A stretch of 64,000 nt of DNA from Candidatus Bathyarchaeia archaeon (GCA_038883655.1 JAVZLQ010000001.1:32001-96000); one strand, 5' to 3'. Numbered from the stretch's first letter, positions 8,747-18,435 are shown. Numbers and translations: made by a program. The notes: a model not told the origin generated them from the letters alone.

Positions 8747-10471
8747 TTAGCGGGTTTCTTCACGTAATCTTAGCAGAATTCCATTAATTGACATTTGAGC
8801 TTTCTCTTTCCTCTGCTGGTAATCAGCCAAAAGCTTTCTATACGCTTCTAACGATAATGTTCCTTGGCTATGGCGCGCTTCAATGCTTCTTATGTTGGCT
8901 TCAGCCTCGTTAATTTCCGTTTCTGCAATCTCAAGCTGCCGCATCAAATCCGCGTACAAGCCACCAGCTCTGCGCATCCGCTCTTTAAACTCCGCTAAGC
9001 TTCTATCCAAAGCGTTAAGCCTCATCTCAAACGTTCTCTTCTGCACCTTGTAACGTCTCCTTGAAATTTTTCCCTTGCGAACTCTAGTTTCTAAAGTGTC
9101 TAACTCAAAACGTATCTTACGCTTTTCCTCATACAGTCGCACGAAAGATTTAACGTATTCTGGCTGCAGTTTCGCGGCTACCGCGACTTGAACTGGAGCA
9201 GCTTTCGGTCTCCTCCAAACAACAGTTACTGCGCAGCCAGCAAGGGCCAAAGCCCAGATCCACAATGTCGGACGAAATGCCAACCATAATGGATTATACT
9301 CGTAGCCAATATACAAAACTTTCACTGGTGGGATGGTGCCTTCCAAGTAGCTTGCATGGTCCAAGTTAATTGTTAACGTTTCTTGGAAAACACTTTTTGA
9401 CATTTCACTTCTACTTGTGATGAATGTGTTTTCGAGATTTGTTATTCTAGCGCCCTCTGGCAATGTTAAAGTTAGAGAAGCGCTTTCAACGTGGTAGTTC
9501 AAGTTCTGGAACAGCAGCAGAGTTGCGTTAAAAGTGCCTTGTGCTGCAAAGTAAACCTGGCTTGGCAAAATATATCTCACGCTGAACCTGCCCGATTCGT
9601 AACTTCTAAGTGGCAAGTCAAAATTAACTTTGTATAACCCAGTTGTTTGGTTAATCCAGCTTGAGCTTAAGCTTCTTCCAAACTGGTCATAGGCTGTTGG
9701 GTTGGAGGCGTTTGGCGGGAGAACAATTATCATGTAATTCATGTCGGAAGGAGCTCTGTTTGTTATGTAGTAGTTGTCTGAACATTGGATTTCATTCGTC
9801 CCGCTTATGACCACTTCACGCTTTAACTCCTTTACGTCTAAAAGTTGAATTTCGTCGCTTGCTAATGCGGTTAACGAGAAGGTAACAGTCGCTATTGAAT
9901 ATGTGTAGGCGGGCAAGTTTTCTATGGAAAATTCAGTTTTGCTGGTTATTTCTCCGTCTTTTGAGACGATTATGTCTCCCGCTCCAGATGGCAGACTGAT
10001 TTTAACAGTACAGTTTTCAACCTCTTCTGTCAAGCTTGGATATGCAGGAAAATCTAACACGTATTTTGTTCCAGATTGATTCAGAAGCATGTTCGAAAGG
10101 ATGAACAAAACTGTAAACTTTTGTGGAGACGTGTCAGAAAGGTTCACTTTAACAGCGTAGAATCCTGCGCGTTCACCTAGGGGCACAGCGAGTGTAACTG
10201 GAAAATCTGTTGTTTCGCTATAGGCTATGCATTTCTGGATGTGTGCACCGTACTTATATGGAAAACCTATGAGAAAACTGTTCGGTGGTTGCCCAGAAAA
10301 TTCAATGGTATCATTTATTACAGCGTAGCCGTTACGCATTATCCCCACAGTGTGATACACTTTACTTATACTAAAGCTGCTTTGGGCATCCGCTTTTTTA
10401 ACTTGAAATGAAAATTGTAAGGCAATAACCATTATGACCACGATGGCGAATGCTATTGCGGCTTTTCTCAA
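8747..10471 (-). CDS. Single-pass membrane protein with large extracellular beta region and cytoplasmic coiled coil (ribophorin-I-like architecture)
   Basis: N-terminal signal peptide, beta-rich domains with LPxxA-type turns, TM segment (TLWIWALALAGCAVTVVW), basic heptad-rich C-terminus. Confidence 0.6.
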   Translation of the reverse strand: MRKAAIAFAIVVIMVIALQFSFQVKKADAQSSFSISKVYHTVGIMRNGYAVINDTIEFSGQPPNSFLIGFPYKYGAHIQKCIAYSETTDFPVTLAVPLGERAGFYAVKVNLSDTSPQKFTVLFILSNMLLNQSGTKYVLDFPAYPSLTEEVENCTVKISLPSGAGDIIVSKDGEITSKTEFSIENLPAYTYSIATVTFSLTALASDEIQLLDVKELKREVVISGTNEIQCSDNYYITNRAPSDMNYMIIVLPPNASNPTAYDQFGRSLSSSWINQTTGLYKVNFDLPLRSYESGRFSVRYILPSQVYFAAQGTFNATLLLFQNLNYHVESASLTLTLPEGARITNLENTFITSRSEMSKSVFQETLTINLDHASYLEGTIPPVKVLYIGYEYNPLWLAFRPTLWIWALALAGCAVTVVWRRPKAAPVQVAVAAKLQPEYVKSFVRLYEEKRKIRFELDTLETRVRKGKISRRRYKVQKRTFEMRLNALDRSLAEFKERMRRAGGLYADLMRQLEIAETEINEAEANIRSIEARHSQGTLSLEAYRKLLADYQQRKEKAQMSINGILLRLREETR

Positions 10472-10525
10472 AGCTTGTCCTCCACGAATTTTAACCGTTG
10501 ACTTCCTATTATTCGATTGGCTTAT

Positions 10526-11026
10526 TTATTTACTTTTAGAATACATGCCAAGGTTTCGTATATACTTACCCCTCACCACAGCATTTGTAACCCTATTTTC
10601 ACGAACTTTCGAAAGTTCAAAAATGAAAACTTCCCTTTCCTCACCATTCGCATCCACTTGAACGTCTTTTCTCACATTTAAAACGTTGTATCGTCCGAGA
10701 AAAGCATACCTTCCAGGAGACTTCTTTTCAAAAACGTATAACGGATATTTCTCTTCAACCTGCCTTTTTAACGCAAGGTTTCCTCTAGCCATCTTCTGGT
10801 TTCCAAAGCGCCCTTCGCCCGTGTAAAGGATTATGTTGCCAGTCATTTTATCATCGTATGGGTTCAACCTAAAATCTTCGGGAGACTTTTGAAAAGCTGC
10901 AACCAAAACCACGTATTGAATTCCTTTGCGTATGCTTCCTTTGTATCTTATTCCTCTATGTGCACAGACGTCGAATTTTCTTGAAATTTCTATGTTACTT
11001 AAAATTTGTCCCTCTTTAAGCTTCAT
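10526..11026 (-). CDS. Stand-alone SRA/YDG-like modified-base-binding domain protein
   Basis: NPYDD...ILYTGEG..GNQ...GNLAL...LYVF...Y.FLG pattern typical of SRA domains of McrA-like enzymes; ATG at 11026. Confidence 0.7.
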   Translation of the reverse strand: MKLKEGQILSNIEISRKFDVCAHRGIRYKGSIRKGIQYVVLVAAFQKSPEDFRLNPYDDKMTGNIILYTGEGRFGNQKMARGNLALKRQVEEKYPLYVFEKKSPGRYAFLGRYNVLNVRKDVQVDANGEEREVFIFELSKVRENRVTNAVVRGKYIRNLGMYSKSK

Positions 11027-11106
11027 GTTTGGGGCGCACACGGACTATTGAAAAGTGCAAAATGGTAATAAGAGTTTACGCCAAAATCGTTTCGGAGAAA
11101 TTAGTC

Positions 11107-11877
11107 TTGCTTTATGATGCGGTTCAGAGACATCTAGCCATCGAAAAGCTAGTTACACGTTTAGGCTCAAACGGGCTGGAGCGAAAATATTATCGCATTA
11201 GACCAGCAAGGTGGTATGGCGGAATTGTAACCGCTGACTGTGTTGGATGCGGTTTAGTGTGTAGGTTTTGTTGGGTTGCAGACGCGGTTATGTTTCATCC
11301 AGCAGATGTGGGAAAGTTTTATACGCCGCGTGAAGTTGCTGATGGTTTGATTGCTTTAGCCAAAAAATGCGGCTTGAAGCTTTTGAGAGTAAGCGGTGGA
11401 GAACCAACAATTGGAAAACCACACCTTCTAAGGCTTCTCGAAGCGTTAGATGGAAAAGGCTACCGTTTTATTCTTGAAACAAACGGCATACTAATAGCTC
11501 ATGACGAGGGTTATGCTGAAAGCCTAGCAAAACACAAGTTTGTTCACGTGAGAGTTTCTTTGAAAGGTTGCTGTGAAGAAGAGTTTGCGAGGTTGACTGG
11601 CGCCAAGCCTGAAGGCTTCACACTACAGCTTAAAGCCTTACAATTGCTCATGGAAAGCGGCGTTAGCTGCCATGCTTCTGTTATGTCTTCTTTCTCAACC
11701 AAAGAAAATCTTCAAGCCTTAACGCATAGGCTTATGCGTATAAGTCCAGAATTGGTTGAAGAACTAGAAATCGAGGAGCTTATCCTCTACCCACACGTGA
11801 CAAGACGCTTGCAGAAGTATGGTTTAAAACATTTTACGGGCTACACGCCAGACAAAGTTCCGCCAGAACAAGTTTAA
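11107..11877 (+). CDS. Radical SAM protein
   Basis: CGLVCRFC (CxxxCxxC), SGGEP and LETNG motifs; TTG at 11107 chosen as probable start. Confidence 0.85.
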   Translation: MLYDAVQRHLAIEKLVTRLGSNGLERKYYRIRPARWYGGIVTADCVGCGLVCRFCWVADAVMFHPADVGKFYTPREVADGLIALAKKCGLKLLRVSGGEPTIGKPHLLRLLEALDGKGYRFILETNGILIAHDEGYAESLAKHKFVHVRVSLKGCCEEEFARLTGAKPEGFTLQLKALQLLMESGVSCHASVMSSFSTKENLQALTHRLMRISPELVEELEIEELILYPHVTRRLQKYGLKHFTGYTPDKVPPEQV

Positions 11878-11896
11878 GACGCATGTGCTTGAGCGT

Positions 11897-12247
11897 TTAT
11901 AACTCGCCATGTTTAAGGTAATAATTTTCCTCTTTCTTCGGTCCAAAGCTTCTTACGCCTTTCGCCTTTAACTGTCTTCTAAGCTGGGCGGCATAATCCT
12001 TTCCTATTTCGCCTCGCTTTTCCATGTAAGCAATTATTTCTTCCGCTTGTTCTTCGGTGTCGCATCTGCGTATAAAGTCGATGACGTCTGGCATGTAGTT
12101 TGTGAAGTTTTTCTTTGAAGAAGCCCTTTTTTCTCCAACTTCGGTGTCCGTCCGTACAGAGTTTATTGAAAGTCTGTGTTCGCCGGATTCTATTTCCTTT
12201 GCTAGGTTTGGAAACATTCTTTTGAAGGTTTCTTTATCGAATTCCAA
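11897..12247 (-). CDS. DUF2095-like archaeal protein
   Basis: FPNLAKE...PDVIDFIRRCDTEEQAEEII...GVRSFGPKKE pattern. Confidence 0.75.
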   Translation of the reverse strand: MEFDKETFKRMFPNLAKEIESGEHRLSINSVRTDTEVGEKRASSKKNFTNYMPDVIDFIRRCDTEEQAEEIIAYMEKRGEIGKDYAAQLRRQLKAKGVRSFGPKKEENYYLKHGEL

Positions 12248-12324
12248 ACGTGCACCTTCAGCTTTCTAGTCTTCAAAGCATAATTTGGGAAATCACGTAT
12301 TTAAATCTCTGCAGTTGAAACTAG

Positions 12325-12942
12325 CTAAAAAGGAACAAAACGTTTTATTGGGTTCTCTTTTAACAGTTTTTCAAGCTCTTCTATGCCTAAACCAGTTATG
12401 ATGTCGCCGTAAATGTCACATCTCTCCTTTCTTAATCGTTCTTCGGGGCTACGCACAATAACTTCAATTTCCTCTTTTGTTGGTGACTCAAGGAATATGT
12501 GAAGTGAATCACGTTTTTCTTCCTTATCCACTGCTGTTACTTGTTGTGCGTGAACAATTTTTAAGCCGCTTTTTTCCAAAGTTTCTTGCACTTCTTCTGG
12601 TTTGTCATGGAACGCTATTATGTCTATATCGCTTTGATGGTGAATTGTTCCGCGCCAAACGCTTCCAACAACTATTGGATAATACTTCGCTAAAAGCTTC
12701 ATTATGCTGAGGGCTTCTCTTCGCATTTTGATTAGACGTTCTTGTCTGGCTTTTCCCTCGTACTCATCGGCGATTCTGTCCAGTTCAACTGCAACCTCAA
12801 TATTTGTTGGAAGAAATTTCACGCCAAACGCTTCTGCAGCCCTAACCTTGGCTTGCTTAAACTCCTTTTCTACGCCAAAATAGATTAGGCTGGCTGCCTC
12901 CCTCGCAACTTTCTTGCGCTTTTCTGTGCGGCTCGTTTTCAA
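12325..12942 (-). CDS. Pol-beta superfamily nucleotidyltransferase domain protein
   Basis: VGSVWRG...SDIDI motif; SD GGTGA before the TTG start. Confidence 0.8.
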   Translation of the reverse strand: MKTSRTEKRKKVAREAASLIYFGVEKEFKQAKVRAAEAFGVKFLPTNIEVAVELDRIADEYEGKARQERLIKMRREALSIMKLLAKYYPIVVGSVWRGTIHHQSDIDIIAFHDKPEEVQETLEKSGLKIVHAQQVTAVDKEEKRDSLHIFLESPTKEEIEVIVRSPEERLRKERCDIYGDIITGLGIEELEKLLKENPIKRFVPF

Positions 12943-12970
12943 CTGTTCACCTAAAATTTGAGTGCCGCTT

Positions 12971-14233
12971 TTAGCGCTTTAACACTTGCTCATAAAGTGC
13001 AATGGTTTTTTCAGCCACCTTATCCCACGTAAATTCTTCAAGAACCCTGCGCCTGCCGTTTTTTCCAAGCCACTTCTTCTTTTCTGGACTTTCCAATGCG
13101 CTTGTTATGCCCCATGCGATGTCGGCTGGACTGTTTGGGTTTATGTGAAAGCCACATTGCTCTTCGCCGCAGCATATAACCACTTCCCGCATTCCGCTTA
13201 CGCCCGCCGCCCCGACAACAACTGGACGTTCCATGCTCATTGCTTCAAGCACCACTATCCCGAAAGGCTCGTAGAGGCTTGGAAAAACCGCGACGTCGCA
13301 TGCCGCATAATGCAAGATTCGCTCCTCTTCGGGGATAAATTCAAAATTCAGTTTGACAAAGTCTTGAAGTCTCATTGTTTTGACGAGGTTTACAAGGTAA
13401 TCTTGTAAGTCTCCAACGCCAACAATGACAAGTTTCGCCTTTGGAATCTTCTGCAGCACGTGCGGCATAGCCATGACAAGCCTATCAACACCCTTAACTC
13501 CGACAAGTCTTCCGAGGAAAAGAATCATCTGCTCGTCTTCCTTTATGCTATATTTCTCCCTAACATTCTTTGCTTGTTCAAGGTTTACCGCTTCTGGATT
13601 ATACTTCTGTGGGTCAACGCCGTTATAGCAGACTTGAATTTTCTCTTGTGGGAATCCAAGTTTTATAAGCTCATCCTTCATTGCATAAGAAACAGTTATT
13701 ATCATGTCCGCCGCCTTTGCGCCGTGCAGTTCGATGTTGCTTACGACTTCTGACCCATTTCCGAGGGTGCGTCCCCTCTCTGTTGAGTGCACGTGAAAAA
13801 CGAATGGAAGTCCAACTTCCTTTTTGATTGTTATGCCGCTTATCGCCGAAAGCCAGTCATGCGCAATCACGATATCGTATTTGAAGTTCTCCTTCCTAAT
13901 TAGCTCATTAACGAGCTTCGAAGCGCTAAGGTAATTGTAGACGAGGATTTTCGAGAATAATTGTATTCCTCTACCCCACTTTTTCACGTCCTCGGCAACA
14001 ACATCCGGCAGCGAGTCAGATATGTCAATGTGCAGTGGACGGTGGATTTCGATTCCTCGCCAAATCTCTCTTGTTGGGAGGCTTCCCTCGTCATCATTCA
14101 TTGTGAAAACTGTCACGTCGTGGTCCATTAAGACGAATTTACGCGTGATTTCCGCAGCGTAAGTGCCTAAACCCCCAACTATTTTTGGTGGATACTCATA
14201 GACGAGCACAGCCATCTTCATAGCCTTCACCAT
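12971..14233 (-). CDS. GT4 glycosyltransferase (glycogen-synthase-like)
   Basis: EYPPKIVGGLG, HDW, HSTE, GRLVGVKG and EPFGIVVLEAM motifs. Confidence 0.88.
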   Translation of the reverse strand: MVKAMKMAVLVYEYPPKIVGGLGTYAAEITRKFVLMDHDVTVFTMNDDEGSLPTREIWRGIEIHRPLHIDISDSLPDVVAEDVKKWGRGIQLFSKILVYNYLSASKLVNELIRKENFKYDIVIAHDWLSAISGITIKKEVGLPFVFHVHSTERGRTLGNGSEVVSNIELHGAKAADMIITVSYAMKDELIKLGFPQEKIQVCYNGVDPQKYNPEAVNLEQAKNVREKYSIKEDEQMILFLGRLVGVKGVDRLVMAMPHVLQKIPKAKLVIVGVGDLQDYLVNLVKTMRLQDFVKLNFEFIPEEERILHYAACDVAVFPSLYEPFGIVVLEAMSMERPVVVGAAGVSGMREVVICCGEEQCGFHINPNSPADIAWGITSALESPEKKKWLGKNGRRRVLEEFTWDKVAEKTIALYEQVLKR

Positions 14234-14433
14234 TTCTCCAGCACTAAACGGTGCTATTGCTTAATAAAACATCCCTTATTTACGTTTCTCGCGCTTGCTA
14301 CCAGTATGCTTCAAACACTCACTATTCACCTGGTGTTACGCCAACACGTCAACCTATAAATTAATTGCTACAATTCATAAAACTCTTCCGTAATGAATAA
14401 TAAATAAGACAGGAAAATAATTATTGGATAATC

Positions 14434-15780
14434 ATGCATAAAAAATTAATGTTTATCTTAGTTATTATGGCATTTTTTATTCTAACCGTGCCATTTTCCT
14501 CATGTAAAGCCCAAGAAACAGAAGTAAATGGAATTATCTACATAAAGGCTGATGGAAGTGTGGTACCTTTAAATGCAAACATCACAACACAAGATAATAA
14601 AACTTACACATTCATTGACGATGTTCATGGCTCGATAATCGTAGAAAGAGACAACATAGTTATCGATGGTTTCGGTCACATGTTGCAGGGTTACGGAAGC
14701 GGAAGCGGAATAAACCTAACTAATAGGGATAATGTGACAATAAGAAACATGTTAATCAAAAATTTTGATGAAGGAATTCGACTTTGTAACTCATCAAACA
14801 ACAACATTACTGAAATCAACATTACATTGTGTAGTTGGTATGCCATTTTTGCAATTTGGTCCAGTAATAATGATATATCAAAAAATGTGATATCAAACAA
14901 CGGAGCAGGTATTTGGCTTAAAGGTGAATCCAACAATAACACGATAAGAGAAAACGTCATAAAAAATAACACGTGCGTTGTTGGCAATGGTATTGGATTA
15001 TCTGGTGTTTCAAGCAATTACATATACAAAAATACAATAGTGAATAATAATTATGGTATTTGGATTAAACTGTCATCAAGCAACAACGTTATCAGTGAAA
15101 ATAACATAATATCAAATTACATCTATAACATATGGTTCCGTGAATCTTCAAATAATAAAGTGTATCATAACAATTTTATAAGTGAAACTTGTCAAGCTTT
15201 TTTGGAAAGTTCAATAAACATCTGGGATAATGGCTACCCTTCAGGCGGAAACTATTGGAGCAATTATACGGGCATGGATGTGAAATGGGGCATGGAACAG
15301 AATGAGCAGGGAAGCGACGGAATAGGCGATACTGTACAACATGTTGATGAGAATAATGTGGATCGTTACCCTCTCATGGCACCAATTACTATTTTTGAAG
15401 CTGGTGTTTGGGACGGAACAGCATACGATGTTGCCATAATCAGTAATTCAATCATCGCGGATTTCCATTTCAATCCATTTGATGCTTCCATAGAATTAAA
15501 TTTAACCGACCAAAATGGAACGAACTTCTGTAGGTTGATCATTCCAAAAAGTCTATTATGGGCTGGAGAGGATGAGTGGACGATTTTGGCTGATGATGTA
15601 ATGTTAGATTACATGACAATTTCGGACGAAAAAACTACGTATTTATACTTTACCTATGACTATGCGAATCACATAATCATTCAAGGAAGAGGTGCCATAT
15701 CAGAATTTCGACAAATGTTTTTACTTTTGCTATTAGTTATAATTGTGATAATTGAAATGGCACTAGCGACCAAGATTTAG
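14434..15780 (+). CDS. Cell-surface right-handed beta-helix (NosD/CASH-like) protein
   Basis: Signal peptide, Asn-rich GIxLxxSSNNxIxxN repeats, WDNGYPSGGNYWS and DGIGD motifs, C-terminal hydrophobic anchor; visibly AT-rich DNA. Confidence 0.85.
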   Translation: MHKKLMFILVIMAFFILTVPFSSCKAQETEVNGIIYIKADGSVVPLNANITTQDNKTYTFIDDVHGSIIVERDNIVIDGFGHMLQGYGSGSGINLTNRDNVTIRNMLIKNFDEGIRLCNSSNNNITEINITLCSWYAIFAIWSSNNDISKNVISNNGAGIWLKGESNNNTIRENVIKNNTCVVGNGIGLSGVSSNYIYKNTIVNNNYGIWIKLSSSNNVISENNIISNYIYNIWFRESSNNKVYHNNFISETCQAFLESSINIWDNGYPSGGNYWSNYTGMDVKWGMEQNEQGSDGIGDTVQHVDENNVDRYPLMAPITIFEAGVWDGTAYDVAIISNSIIADFHFNPFDASIELNLTDQNGTNFCRLIIPKSLLWAGEDEWTILADDVMLDYMTISDEKTTYLYFTYDYANHIIIQGRGAISEFRQMFLLLLLVIIVIIEMALATKI

Positions 15781-15918
15781 CGAGGAAAATTGAATCTTTG
15801 AATAAACCATCTGTGTGAACTGTTGTTTCGTAATGCGTTCATTTTTCTGGCATCCAATAGTATGCGAAAATTGAAAAAGGCTATAAGCACAATAATAATA
15901 GAACTGTAAGTGATTACG

Positions 15919-16488
15919 ATGAGTATATCACCAGTTAAAAGACTGATTCTTGAAACTGTTTGGGTTTCAGAAAAACCAGTAAAAGTAACAGAAATAACAA
16001 AAGAGGTTGGACTTGATCCTCGTTCAGTGCGAATGCACATGATGCAACTGTCGCGAATGGGTTATCTAGAAGCCACGGATGATGGAAGTTACCTCTTAAC
16101 GGAGAAGGGACGTAAAGCCCTTGGCTTTCCAGAGATAGATTATGGGAAGGCTGCTGAAATTTTGGTTTATCTACCACTTGAAAAGTCTTTTCACTTTTAT
16201 GTTGACGTTGGAAAGCCATTAAACATTCATGCGGCAAGCCTAATCGACTTTTGCGACAAGCTCTTAAAGGTTAATTTGGAGTCAATTGAATTTCATATGA
16301 ACCGTGGAGATTTTGAGGCTTGGTTTGCGGGACTGGGTGACATTGAACTTGCGAGGAAAGTTTTCTTGCTCAAGGAGCAGAAACTCGTTGGCGAAGACTT
16401 GTGTAAGAGGCTTTGTGAAATTGTCAAGAACAGGTGCGAGGAGTTGGCTAAGATAAGGAAAAACGAAGCAAAGGCGAAACCTGCTTAG
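15919..16488 (+). CDS. Winged-HTH protein with C-terminal DUF5752-like domain
   Basis: N-terminal wHTH ending YLLTEKG; C-terminal FHFY...A.SL..F...L..V...SIEFH..RGDF..W pattern. Confidence 0.7.
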   Translation: MSISPVKRLILETVWVSEKPVKVTEITKEVGLDPRSVRMHMMQLSRMGYLEATDDGSYLLTEKGRKALGFPEIDYGKAAEILVYLPLEKSFHFYVDVGKPLNIHAASLIDFCDKLLKVNLESIEFHMNRGDFEAWFAGLGDIELARKVFLLKEQKLVGEDLCKRLCEIVKNRCEELAKIRKNEAKAKPA

Positions 16489-16498
16489 ATGCCTATCT

Positions 16499-17620
16499 CT
16501 AGGTTGGTTTAAAGCGTTCCTTAAGCCTATCCAAGATCTGCCGTAGAGTGGTGTATTCCATCTCCTCTGGTCCCAAACGTGCTGGTTCAAACTCGCCCAT
16601 ACGCCTAAGCATAGCAGCATACGTCAAAGACTCGCGCCTTGCCAGAGCAAAGGCTGGGTCATCAAACAAGTCGGCAATCATCGGTCTGCCGTTATCATCG
16701 CATGCAATCTTGCCGTTTGAAACCTGAAATCCTAACGCTACTATCCTTGGAGGACCATCAAAAAGCGTGCATTTTGCATCTTTTAGGCTTACTGGCATTA
16801 TTGGTCCCCAATGGCTTCCACGCATCCACCCTTCAACAAGGTAACTGTGCAAAAAAGGCGCTAGGATTTCTCCGACGGCTGGAAGTCCATGCTGTGCGCG
16901 TACAATCATTACTGGATCATCTTTTCCAACATATTTTCCAGCAATCTGTGAAAGTTTGGTTACACTGCCAACAGCGCATATTAGGTTGTCTCTCGCCCTC
17001 CAAACACGTGAGATCATGTAGCGCTGGACGGTGCCAATCAAAGCCAACAACTCATACATCTCCTCTGGACATTTGAGAACAACTCTCTTGTTTTCCGCCG
17101 TGTCTATAACCTCAAACCTAAAGCCTCCAGCCATGTTTGGGTCAATAACAAGCCCAGCCGTGTTCATTGGATCCGCAAAAATCCTGAAAAGCGGATAGTT
17201 AAACGAGCCAGCAGAGGTTTTGTCTGCTGCAAAAACAACTATTGGGTCTGAACCTCTTTCCTCGATTTCCATTTCTGCGACACCTGGTCCCATGCCGCGA
17301 ATGTTTCCGCTGAAAGCATTTTTTAGTAGATCTTGTCCAGCGCCGTAAAGCTTAAGCTCTAACGCCTTTTTTGTTGCTTCTTTAAAGGTTTCAAAGGCAA
17401 GTTTGTGAACTTCGGGGTTTGATTCGCCCTTTTCGTGGACCATTAAAAGTTGGATGTCGTCTCCAACGTTGAAAACGTAGCAACTGTTAATTAATTCCTC
17501 TTCAGCTGCTCTTTTAAGGTTTTTTTCAGCTATGGCCAGAAGGGGTTTCGGTGCAACATGATGCCCAGCTAGTGAGCCGACGTCACATTTGATTAGCGAA
17601 ATTGTGGTTTTTCTCGGCAT
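16499..17620 (-). CDS. fbp: Bifunctional fructose-1,6-bisphosphate aldolase/phosphatase
   Basis: DVGS..GH, GDD, YGAGQDLL, ADKT, YVGKDDP, GWMRGSH and FDGPP motifs. Confidence 0.95.
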   Translation of the reverse strand: MPRKTTISLIKCDVGSLAGHHVAPKPLLAIAEKNLKRAAEEELINSCYVFNVGDDIQLLMVHEKGESNPEVHKLAFETFKEATKKALELKLYGAGQDLLKNAFSGNIRGMGPGVAEMEIEERGSDPIVVFAADKTSAGSFNYPLFRIFADPMNTAGLVIDPNMAGGFRFEVIDTAENKRVVLKCPEEMYELLALIGTVQRYMISRVWRARDNLICAVGSVTKLSQIAGKYVGKDDPVMIVRAQHGLPAVGEILAPFLHSYLVEGWMRGSHWGPIMPVSLKDAKCTLFDGPPRIVALGFQVSNGKIACDDNGRPMIADLFDDPAFALARRESLTYAAMLRRMGEFEPARLGPEEMEYTTLRQILDRLKERFKPT

Positions 17621-17743
17621 TCTTTAATCACTTCAACCTCGGTTTAGAGTTAAGCCGTGGCTTTTAAAAAATTTCCGAAAGAAACCCTAAAGAGGAAACC
17701 ATGAAATACTTAAGATTATAAACGCTAACATAGGCGGGCATGC

Positions 17744-18244
17744 ATGGAAAAATTGAGGGTAATTTCCGTGAAAATTCCAGAAGAAGTTTACAAGGAACTG
17801 CTCATCCGCGTTCCAGAAGGTGAAAGAAGCGACTTTATCCGAGATGCGATAATGGAAAAGCTGCAAAAAACACCAAAACCAGACAAAATCTTAGAACTTG
17901 AAGAAAGAATTAGCCACATGGAAAAAGAATTCTCAGAAGTAAGAAAATACCTTGCTGATTTGGAGCTTTTAACTTATGAAAAGGGGAAAACAAACCCACA
18001 CAACTTCTGCATGGACGAAACAGACCACAAAATCGTAGATTACTTAATGCACTATAAAGGTGCAACAACGCCTGAACTGGCAGACTATCTAAAAACAAAC
18101 AGGTGGCTCATCCTAAACAGGTTAAAAAGAATAGAAAAACTATCGAAGAAGTATATCGGAAAACCCGTAATCGAATATTATCCGGGAGAAAGAATGGGCA
18201 AGAAAAAGGCATGGTGGATAAACGAAGAACTCATTGAGGCATAA
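17744..18244 (+). CDS. Ribbon-helix-helix + coiled coil + wHTH putative regulator
   Basis: VISVKIPEE...RSDFIRDAI (RHH) and TTPELADYLKTNRWLILNRL (HTH). Confidence 0.7.
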   Translation: MEKLRVISVKIPEEVYKELLIRVPEGERSDFIRDAIMEKLQKTPKPDKILELEERISHMEKEFSEVRKYLADLELLTYEKGKTNPHNFCMDETDHKIVDYLMHYKGATTPELADYLKTNRWLILNRLKRIEKLSKKYIGKPVIEYYPGERMGKKKAWWINEELIEA

Positions 18245-18288
18245 CAACATTAATCAAACAAACACACATCTTCTATTTTGAGAAAGCA

Positions 18289-18391
18289 GGGCCCGTAGCC
18301 CAGTATGGATTAAGGCGCCGAACCAAAAGCCAAAAGGTGCGCAAGCCTCCGGAGCCGGAGAACAGGGGTTCAAATCCCCTCGGGCCCGCCA
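18289..18391 (+). tRNA. tRNA-Arg(CCG) with a 24-nt intron (18321-18344) at position 29/30; CCA encoded
   Basis: Acceptor stem GGGCCCG/CGGGCCC, T-arm AGGGG-TTCAAAT-CCCCT; removing 18321-18344 restores the anticodon arm CCGGC-CT-CCG-GA-GCCGG. Confidence 0.93.
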
Positions 18392-18435
18392 TTAACAAAT
18401 CTATGTTGTAATCATTTATAGATGGAAATGGTGTT

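Noticed and set aside
14700-15180. Repetitive AAT/AAC-rich DNA resembling a repeat array
   Set aside because: Explained by Asn-rich beta-helix coding repeats; no CRISPR-like repeat-spacer periodicity
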